Shown here: in pieces, positions 26,984 through 34,322 of the stretch
Position numbering within the stretch: the first letter of the stretch is position 1
How the letters are laid out: each line of letters begins with the position of its first letter
Assembly: GCA_051746405.1 (NCBI GenBank)
Contig: JBNJFB010000021.1
Span: forward strand, 1 to 34,322
Length of the DNA: 34,322 bases
Source of the DNA: Campylobacterota bacterium
GTDB lineage: Bacteria > Campylobacterota > Campylobacteria > Campylobacterales > Arcobacteraceae
Direction of reading: 5' to 3'
Position numbers and translations under genes: made by a program
Notes under the pieces: generated by a model
The model's database searches: none
What the model was told of the DNA's origin: nothing
What the model saw: the letters and a program-made list of their open reading frames with translations, nothing else

Positions 26984-28168
26984 TTAAAAAGCTCTTTTAA
27001 ATTCTGGGTATGCTTCTAAACCACACTCTTCTACGTCTAGACCTTGCATCTCTTCATCTTCATGGGCTCTTAAACCAACAATTTTATTGATAATAAACAG
27101 TACTATATAAGAGATTACAAATGCAAAAATACCTACAACTATCACACCTTTTAACTGTCCCATAAATGTTATATCATCACCATTTGAAGCAAAAATACCA
27201 ACAGCTAATGTACCCCAAATACCATTTACTAAGTGAACTGATAGTGCACCAACTGGGTCATCTATTCTTATTTTATCAAAGAAAGATACTCCAAATGCAA
27301 CTAATGCCCCACCAACTGCACCAATTAAAATAGGTGTATAAATATCATATAAATCAGGACCTGCTGTAATAGCAACTAAACCACCTAATGCACCATTTAA
27401 AATCATTGTTAAATCAAGTTTTTTATATTTTAAATGCATTATAATTGAAACCATAATAGCACCTGCAAGTCCTGCTGTGTTTGTATTCATAATAGTTAAA
27501 GCAACTGCATCTGCACTCTGCTTTGAACTAATTGAACCAACTGAACCACCATTAAAACCAAACCATCCAATCCATAATAAAAATGCACCTAATGTTAATA
27601 AGGGAATATTTGAAGCTGGAATTACTCTTATTGCTCCATTTTTTCCATATCTTCCTTTTCTTGCTCCAATTATTAAAATAGCTGCAAGTAGTGCCCAACC
27701 ACCTGTACTGTGAATTACTGTAGAACCTGCTAAATCATACATAGATAGACTAAGAATAGTACCTTCTAAAAAGTTTAATCCCCAAGTAATATTTACTATA
27801 ATAGGATAGATTAAAGCTGCCATAATTATTGTAAAAAACGCTAAAGGAACTACTTTTGCTCTTTCACTAACTCCACCACTCATTATATTTACTACTTTAC
27901 CAACAAATGCCATTTGGAAAAGAAAAGCCGCCCATTTACTCATACCATCAGCTCCAAAATCACCAAATGCTATTGAGTAACCAAGAAGTAAAAACGCCAT
28001 TGATGCTACTGCATAAATAAGCGTATTAATAGTTAATACAGCTGTAACATTTTTTGTTCGTACAATACCTGCTTCTAACATAGCAAAACCAGGAACCATG
28101 AAAATAATTAAAGTCATCGCAAAGATTGCGTAAAGTGTGTCAATCACGTAAGAAGTTTCTATACCCAT
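26984..28168 (-). CDS. amt: Ammonium transporter, second paralog
   Basis: DLAGSTVIH, GWFGFNGGS and DDPVGALSVH motifs. Confidence 0.95.
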   Translation of the reverse strand: MGIETSYVIDTLYAIFAMTLIIFMVPGFAMLEAGIVRTKNVTAVLTINTLIYAVASMAFLLLGYSIAFGDFGADGMSKWAAFLFQMAFVGKVVNIMSGGVSERAKVVPLAFFTIIMAALIYPIIVNITWGLNFLEGTILSLSMYDLAGSTVIHSTGGWALLAAILIIGARKGRYGKNGAIRVIPASNIPLLTLGAFLLWIGWFGFNGGSVGSISSKQSADAVALTIMNTNTAGLAGAIMVSIIMHLKYKKLDLTMILNGALGGLVAITAGPDLYDIYTPILIGAVGGALVAFGVSFFDKIRIDDPVGALSVHLVNGIWGTLAVGIFASNGDDITFMGQLKGVIVVGIFAFVISYIVLFIINKIVGLRAHEDEEMQGLDVEECGLEAYPEFKRAF

Positions 28169-28224
28169 AAATCACCTTTTTTTCTTTTAATTATATAGGT
28201 ATAAAAACTATTTTTGTAAGTTTT

Positions 28225-28245
28225 ATTGTATATTTTTTATACAAT
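28225..28245. promoter_or_regulatory. Candidate operator ATTGTATA-N5-TATACAAT upstream of the second amt promoter
   Basis: Perfect 8-5-8 palindrome; the -10 TATAAT lies at 28190-28195 (minus). Confidence 0.65.
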
Positions 28246-28269
28246 CCAAGATTTATTAATACTCTTGGA
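28245..28269 (-). terminator. Hairpin after glnK (possible terminator)
   Basis: TCCAAGA-N11-TCTTGGA; weak U tract. Confidence 0.45.
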
Positions 28270-28294
28270 CTGTTTTGGTTAATTTTTAAGCTAC

Positions 28295-28633
<339 letters not shown>

Positions 28634-28647
28634 TTACTACCCTTTAA

Positions 28648-29862
28648 TTATGATCTTTTAAATTCTGGATATGCTTCTAGACCTGTTTCGTGAATATCAA
28701 GTCCATTAATCTCAGTCTCTTCATCAACTCTAATACCAACTGTAATATCTAAAATTTTCCAAACAACATATGATGCTATGAAAACAAAGGCACCAATTAC
28801 AACAATACCTTTAATTTGTGCTAAAATTGTTACATCTGGATTAAAGATACCAACTGCTAATGTACCCCAAATACCTGCAACTAAGTGAACAGATAAAGCA
28901 CCAACTGGATCATCAATTTTTAACTTATCAAAGAAAGGTACTGCAAAGATAACTAAAGCACCACCAACAACACCTTCAACAAATGACACAACCATACCTA
29001 AATCAGGTCCTGCTGTTACAGAAACAAGTCCTGCTAAAGCACCATTTAAAACCATAGTCAAATCAACTTTTTTATAGATAAGTTGAGTTAAAATTGCTGC
29101 TGTTATTGCCCCTGCTGCTGCTGCCATATTTGTATCTGCAACAACTAAAGCAATCCCATCAATATCAACTTTTGAACCAAGTGCTAGTTGAGAACCACCA
29201 TTAAATCCAAACCATCCCATCCATAAAATGAATGTACCTAAAGTTGCAAGTGGTAAGTTTGAACCTGGAATTGGTCTTACTTGCCCATTTTTACCATATT
29301 TACCTTTTCTAGCACCAAGAATTAATACACCTGCTAATGCAGCCCATCCACCAACAGAGTGAACAATAGTAGAACCAGCAAAGTCAGAGAATCCTGCAAT
29401 TAAACCACCAAGTTCTGTTCCACCCCATGTCCAGTGACCTTGAATTGGATAAATCAATGATGATAAAACAACAACAAAGATTAAAAATGGCCATAGTTTA
29501 ATTCTCTCAGCAACAGTACCTGAAATAACTGAAGCTGCAGTTGCTACGAACATTACTTGGAAAAAGAAATCTGAAAATGCTGGATAAGCTGCATCTGCTG
29601 CATTTTCACCACTAAATATTGAGATAGAACCAATAAATGCATTTCCATCACCATACATAATATTGTAACCTACAAAATAAAACATAATACAAGAGATTGC
29701 AAATAACCCCATATTTTTTGTTAATACAGTGGCATTATTCTTTGTTCTTGTTAAACCCGCTTCCAACATGGCAAACCCTGCTGCCATCCACATTACTAGA
29801 ACTCCTGAAAATACAAATAAGAAACCATCCAATACGTATTTTACATCTGCTAAATTTTCCAT
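28648..29862 (-). CDS. amtB: Ammonium transporter
   Basis: FFFQVMF, HWTWGG, DFAGSTIVH, GWFGFNGGS and DDPVGALSVH motifs. Confidence 0.96.
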   Translation of the reverse strand: MENLADVKYVLDGFLFVFSGVLVMWMAAGFAMLEAGLTRTKNNATVLTKNMGLFAISCIMFYFVGYNIMYGDGNAFIGSISIFSGENAADAAYPAFSDFFFQVMFVATAASVISGTVAERIKLWPFLIFVVVLSSLIYPIQGHWTWGGTELGGLIAGFSDFAGSTIVHSVGGWAALAGVLILGARKGKYGKNGQVRPIPGSNLPLATLGTFILWMGWFGFNGGSQLALGSKVDIDGIALVVADTNMAAAAGAITAAILTQLIYKKVDLTMVLNGALAGLVSVTAGPDLGMVVSFVEGVVGGALVIFAVPFFDKLKIDDPVGALSVHLVAGIWGTLAVGIFNPDVTILAQIKGIVVIGAFVFIASYVVWKILDITVGIRVDEETEINGLDIHETGLEAYPEFKRS

Positions 29863-29929
29863 AAGACTCCTTTGTCAATTTATATACCACCATTATAAAT
29901 TAACCATAAGCATAAGTAAACATACTAGC

Positions 29930-29946
29930 TGTATATTTAATATACA
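29930..29946. promoter_or_regulatory. Candidate operator TGTATA-N5-TATACA upstream of the amtB promoter
   Basis: Perfect 6-5-6 palindrome; promoter TTTACT-N17-TATAAT with -10 at 29892-29897 (minus). Confidence 0.65.
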
Positions 29947-30111
29947 TTTTATATTTTATTTACTAGCCAATAGTTTTCAAGTTACTCTTATTTGCAATAA
30001 TTAATTTTTATTTAGTAAAATAGACAGATGTATAAAAAATAGTCATTTGAGATTGGTTTTATGGTATATATATTGGTATAATGTGTTTAATAAAAAGTTA
30101 GGACAATATAA

Positions 30112-30978
30112 ATGAAAGAGTTTTTAGAAAATTATAAGCTACATAAAGATGATATAGAGTTTTACTTACAAGAGAGTATTAGAAATATTGGTGACTTAAG
30201 CTCTTGTAAAAAAGATAATTTCAAAGAGTTGTTTAATATTTTTCCATCTTTAGAGTTAGTATATTTTACTAATAAAGAGACAAAAATACAAAACTCACCA
30301 AACTATTATAAAAGTAGAGTTGACAAAAGTGCTTTTGGAAAAGATAGGTCTGCAATAATTAGCAAACTAGAGTTCAAAGAGAATAATATGGCATTTTCCA
30401 CACCATATATTAGTAGTGCAACAAGAAACAACTGTATTACAGTGACTATAAAAGATCAAGATGAGATTATATTCTTTGATTTTAGGCTAGATATGTTACT
30501 TGAAAAATTGAGCATTATTGAGTTAAATAAACCTTTTCATAGCCTAACAAAGGGTTTTTATATATTCTCTGGTTTTACAATGATTCTATTATCTATTATT
30601 ACTATTGTATTCTCCCTATACGATTTTGTATACTATCTATTTGTAAAAACAGAAATATCAATTGAAGTGATGTTTAAACCCATTATTGCTTTAACCCTTG
30701 GAATTGCTATATTTGATTTAGCAAAAACAATATTAGAACAAGAAGTGTTTTTTAAATCCTACTCAAAAAACTCGAAAGTTGAGACAAAACTTTTGGTAAA
30801 ATTTTTAAGTACTATTATAATTGCACTGTCAATTGAAGCTTTAATTGTTGTATTTAAAATAGCAATAAATGATTATGCAGATATGATTAATGCCTTCTAT
30901 TTAATAGCAGGTATTGCACTTATACTAATCTCCCTTACATTTTTTGTCTATTTTTCAAATAAAAGAAGTAATAAATAA
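30112..30978 (+). CDS. PDC/Cache-like sensor domain fused to a 4-TM PsiE-like domain
   Basis: STPYISSAT..CITV Cache-like motif, then four hydrophobic helices with AIFDLAKTILE and ALSIEALI. Confidence 0.65.
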   Translation: MKEFLENYKLHKDDIEFYLQESIRNIGDLSSCKKDNFKELFNIFPSLELVYFTNKETKIQNSPNYYKSRVDKSAFGKDRSAIISKLEFKENNMAFSTPYISSATRNNCITVTIKDQDEIIFFDFRLDMLLEKLSIIELNKPFHSLTKGFYIFSGFTMILLSIITIVFSLYDFVYYLFVKTEISIEVMFKPIIALTLGIAIFDLAKTILEQEVFFKSYSKNSKVETKLLVKFLSTIIIALSIEALIVVFKIAINDYADMINAFYLIAGIALILISLTFFVYFSNKRSNK

Positions 30979-30999
30979 ATTTAATTAAAGGCATAAAAG

Positions 31000-31752
31000 A
31001 TGAATGATTATATTGCAGAAGATGAGATATCAAAAGAGATACTTAACTCAGCTAAACTACTACAAGCTGTAAATGTAAATGCTCTAATTATTGGTTCAAG
31101 TGGTGTTGGAAAAAAATCTTTAGCAAAATTTATTTTACCAAAATCAGAAATCTTTAATGCAAAAGAGCTTCAAGCAGATATTCAAGATGATGTTTTAAAA
31201 ATTCAAAATGATGCTATTATTATTGAAAGAATAGAAGATATAACAAATATTGATCTATTTTTAAAATGGATTGAAAACAATACTATTAGGGTAATAGCAA
31301 TATCAAATAGTGAGATTCTAAATCAAAAGCTAAAAGATATTTTCTCAATTAATCTTGAAATACCTGATTTTTATAAGCGTCAAAATGATACAAAACTATT
31401 AGTTCAAAAATTTTCAAAAGAGGCTTGTGAAACCTTAGATATGCAAAAAGTAGATTATTCAAAACTAATTGTAAATACATCTAATAATGCCCATAGCTTA
31501 AGAAAATCTATCTATTTCTCATATCTATTTGAAACTATAGGAGAAGAGGAGATTTTAATGTTTTTAGAAAAGTATTTAAGTGAGCATCTAAATGGTGAGA
31601 ATACTTACAAAGATTTAATCTACCTTTTTGAAGTTCCTTTAATAAAAGCATCAACTAAAAAGTACAAATCACAAGTTCAAGTTGCAAAAAACTTAGGACT
31701 AAATAGAATAACCCTAAGAAAAAAAATAGACCAACACAAAGAGTTACTATGA
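31000..31752 (+). CDS. NtrC/Fis-family regulator: degenerate AAA+ plus Fis-type HTH, no receiver domain
   Basis: LIIGSSGVGKKSLA Walker A-like motif; C-terminal QVQVAKNLGLNRITLRKKI; no GAFTGA. Confidence 0.8.
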   Translation: MNDYIAEDEISKEILNSAKLLQAVNVNALIIGSSGVGKKSLAKFILPKSEIFNAKELQADIQDDVLKIQNDAIIIERIEDITNIDLFLKWIENNTIRVIAISNSEILNQKLKDIFSINLEIPDFYKRQNDTKLLVQKFSKEACETLDMQKVDYSKLIVNTSNNAHSLRKSIYFSYLFETIGEEEILMFLEKYLSEHLNGENTYKDLIYLFEVPLIKASTKKYKSQVQVAKNLGLNRITLRKKIDQHKELL

Positions 31753-34298
31753 TAACAGCATTAAATATACAAATAGAAGAGCTCATTTCAAAAAATGCAA
31801 GTGATTTTGAAATATCAAAAGTTTTTAAGTCTTACTTTAAAAACTATATAAACTCAATTGATACAACCTTTGAAACTACAGGCGGAAAAGATTTTTTTAT
31901 AAAACACACAAAACACACTGACAAGTTTTTAATTCAACTTTACAAATATATTTTAAGAAAAAACTTTGGTTCTTATCAACCTATGAGTAGTTCTATTCCC
32001 ATTGCCCTTATTGCACTTGGTTCTTATGGAAGAGAAGAGCTTTGTATATATTCAGATATTGATATTATGGTTTTATATAAAGATATCAAAGGTTATAACT
32101 TAAAAGAGCTAATGGAAGAGTTTATTACCCTTGCTTGGGATTGTGGTTTAAAACTTGGTTCAAGGGTTCATGAGTTGAATGATGTTTCTAAATGTGTTAA
32201 TGAAGATATTACAATTAAAAGCTCCATTATAGAATCAAGGCTTATTTTTGGTTCTAAGCAGTTATGGTTTGCATATGAAAATATCTTAAAAGATATTAGA
32301 AAAACCAAACAAAACGAGTTTGTTTTAGAGAAACTAGAAGAGCATAAAAAAAGATTATTAAAATTTCCACTTAAAATGGAGCCGAATATTAAAGATGGTT
32401 TTGGTGGAGTTAGAGAATCAAATATGATGTATTGGATGGCAAAAGTTTTATATGGAATAACAAATACAAAACAACTAATAGGTGTAGAGTACACAGATGA
32501 AGAGTATAAAAAGTATAGACAAGCTTTAGAGTTTGTATTTCGAGTTAGAAATGCTTTACACAATATTGCAAATAAAAAACAAGACCAGGTTACTTTTGAT
32601 ATCTTGCCAGATTTAAGCTCAAAGCTTGGATTTGTAAATAAACTTAGATATACAAAAGAGAGACAGTGTATGTCAAAACTTCTAAATAGCTTGCATACAA
32701 TTCATAGTTTCTCTGCAACTATGGTCAAAAAATTTACTAGACAGATTATATTTAAAAGTGAGAATATTACAAAACTAAAAGAGCATAGATACAAAAAAAA
32801 TCTATATATTATTGGTAATACATTATATACATCATTTAATCAAAAACCAAAAACACTATCTTTGCTATTAAAAGAGCTTTTAAATCTGCCAAATAGTGTA
32901 ACAAGATTTGATAGGTCATACATATACCATGCAAGCCAAACAAAAATCCCTACAACATATAGCAAGGAGCAAAAAAAAGTTGTAAAAGCACTTTTGTTTA
33001 AAACATCATTATACCCTGTAATAAAGCTTTTATATAATGCAGGATTAATTAAAAATGTTATTCCTAGTCTTAAAAAAATAATTGACCAACCACAATTTGA
33101 TGGCTATCATCAACATCCAACAGATATACACTCTTTAAAAACATTAAAGTTTGCCCAATATATAGAAGATAGTTATGTAAAAGAGATTTTTGATACTCTA
33201 AACCCTTATCAAAAAGTTATAGTAAGATTAGCAGCACTATTTCATGATATAGGAAAAGGTAGAACACAAGACCATCATATAGTAGGAGAAAAGCTTTTTA
33301 GAAGTATGGCTAACTCTTTAGATTTTGAAGAGAGATATATCCAACTTGGTGCAAGGATAATTAGGTATCACAATATGATGTCTTATGTTGCAACACATGA
33401 AGATATATATTCAGAAAAAACCATATTAAACTTTACAGGACTTGTTAAAACACAAGATGCCCTCAAAATGTTATATGTAGTTACATATAGCGATATCTCA
33501 GCAGTGGGGAAAAATATTTTCAATAGTTCAATGTCATCTTTACTAAGACAGTTATACTCCCAAAGCCTACCTGCTTTTGAAAATGAAGATTTATTAAAAG
33601 AGAGTTCAAGAAGAGTTGAAAAACAAAATGCAATTAAAAAGCTAAAAAGGTACAAAGAGTTACCAAATATACTAAAGAAAAAAATTAACTATATCTCATC
33701 AAACCAGATGTTTCTAAGACTAAAAGCAGAAGATATCTTAGATATTGCAATAAAAGCAAATAGAGTAGATTCATATATCTATAAGATTGTAAATGACAGC
33801 CACTTAACTATTAGAATTATTAGAAAAGCACCTTTAAACTTAGGACATCTACTAGGTAAACTTGAGTTTTTAAATATAGCCTCAATGAATATATTTAAAC
33901 TTTATGATGATAAAAAAGCATTCTATATATCTTTTTTTGAAAAAATTGATGATGAGGATATTCAATTAATAAAAGCTATTATTGAAAGCTCATTTGATAT
34001 GACAAGAAGTATTAAATCAAAAAAACCACCTGTGATTAAAAAAGAGAATATTACAATTAATTGTAATCATACAACTTATTTAGCATCTATGCAAATTAAA
34101 GCAAAAGACCAAAAGGGACTGTTTGCTTATATAGCAAAGATATTTGATGATTTTAATATAGATATAGAAAGTGCAAAACTGCATACACATAAAAACTATG
34201 CGAGGGATTTAATATTAATAGAAAAAGACGGAGATTTTTGCTCTAAACAAGATGAGATTGTTGATTTAATCTGTAAAAATAGCAAAAATGAGATTTAA
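31749..34298 (+). CDS. glnD: PII uridylyltransferase/uridylyl-removing enzyme
   Basis: GSYGREEL..YSDID nucleotidyltransferase motif, EPNIKDGFGGVR, HD motif FHDIGKG, C-terminal ACT-like DQKGLF. Confidence 0.92.
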   Translation: MITALNIQIEELISKNASDFEISKVFKSYFKNYINSIDTTFETTGGKDFFIKHTKHTDKFLIQLYKYILRKNFGSYQPMSSSIPIALIALGSYGREELCIYSDIDIMVLYKDIKGYNLKELMEEFITLAWDCGLKLGSRVHELNDVSKCVNEDITIKSSIIESRLIFGSKQLWFAYENILKDIRKTKQNEFVLEKLEEHKKRLLKFPLKMEPNIKDGFGGVRESNMMYWMAKVLYGITNTKQLIGVEYTDEEYKKYRQALEFVFRVRNALHNIANKKQDQVTFDILPDLSSKLGFVNKLRYTKERQCMSKLLNSLHTIHSFSATMVKKFTRQIIFKSENITKLKEHRYKKNLYIIGNTLYTSFNQKPKTLSLLLKELLNLPNSVTRFDRSYIYHASQTKIPTTYSKEQKKVVKALLFKTSLYPVIKLLYNAGLIKNVIPSLKKIIDQPQFDGYHQHPTDIHSLKTLKFAQYIEDSYVKEIFDTLNPYQKVIVRLAALFHDIGKGRTQDHHIVGEKLFRSMANSLDFEERYIQLGARIIRYHNMMSYVATHEDIYSEKTILNFTGLVKTQDALKMLYVVTYSDISAVGKNIFNSSMSSLLRQLYSQSLPAFENEDLLKESSRRVEKQNAIKKLKRYKELPNILKKKINYISSNQMFLRLKAEDILDIAIKANRVDSYIYKIVNDSHLTIRIIRKAPLNLGHLLGKLEFLNIASMNIFKLYDDKKAFYISFFEKIDDEDIQLIKAIIESSFDMTRSIKSKKPPVIKKENITINCNHTTYLASMQIKAKDQKGLFAYIAKIFDDFNIDIESAKLHTHKNYARDLILIEKDGDFCSKQDEIVDLICKNSKNEI

Positions 34299-34322
34299 TT
34301 TATATAAATTTTAAAATTTAAG

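Overview
AT-rich chromosomal window from a Campylobacterota bacterium, most likely Arcobacteraceae (inferred from the MOMP porin, class II DAHP synthase, unshifted prfB, gene order and TGnTATAAT-type promoters). Most of it is housekeeping: porin, cytochrome c, prfB, DAHP synthase, tal, serB, ruvX, acpS, panC, rimO, tilS, a flagellar cluster (fliS, fliD, flgK, flgH, fliL, fliJ, fliQ, flgI, fliM), pyrC and a nitrogen-control cluster (two amt, two PII, an NtrC-like regulator, glnD). There are three accessory spots. The first is a RelE/ParE TA pair between 107-bp promoter-carrying direct repeats (312-1166). The second is a toxin-first PIN TA pair with an apparently leaderless toxin (9950-10584). 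The third and most interesting is a 1.7-kb island (3477-5133) that the ORF track mostly misses. It holds two head-to-tail cassettes with near-identical ends and unrelated cargo genes. Each cassette carries a predicted ~90-nt minus-strand sRNA with the same promoter, the same geometry and a shared GG-AKUGAUKA-CC hairpin. The arms of sRNA1 are antisense to the SD/AUG of a 13-aa hydrophobic ORF lying just past its own terminator. Next to the cassettes is a 19-aa Ibs-like peptide gene with a convergent antisense promoter. A candidate nitrogen-regulon operator, TGTATA-N5-TATACA, sits at the same position upstream of both amt promoters. All RNA and small-ORF calls are predictions read by eye from the sequence.
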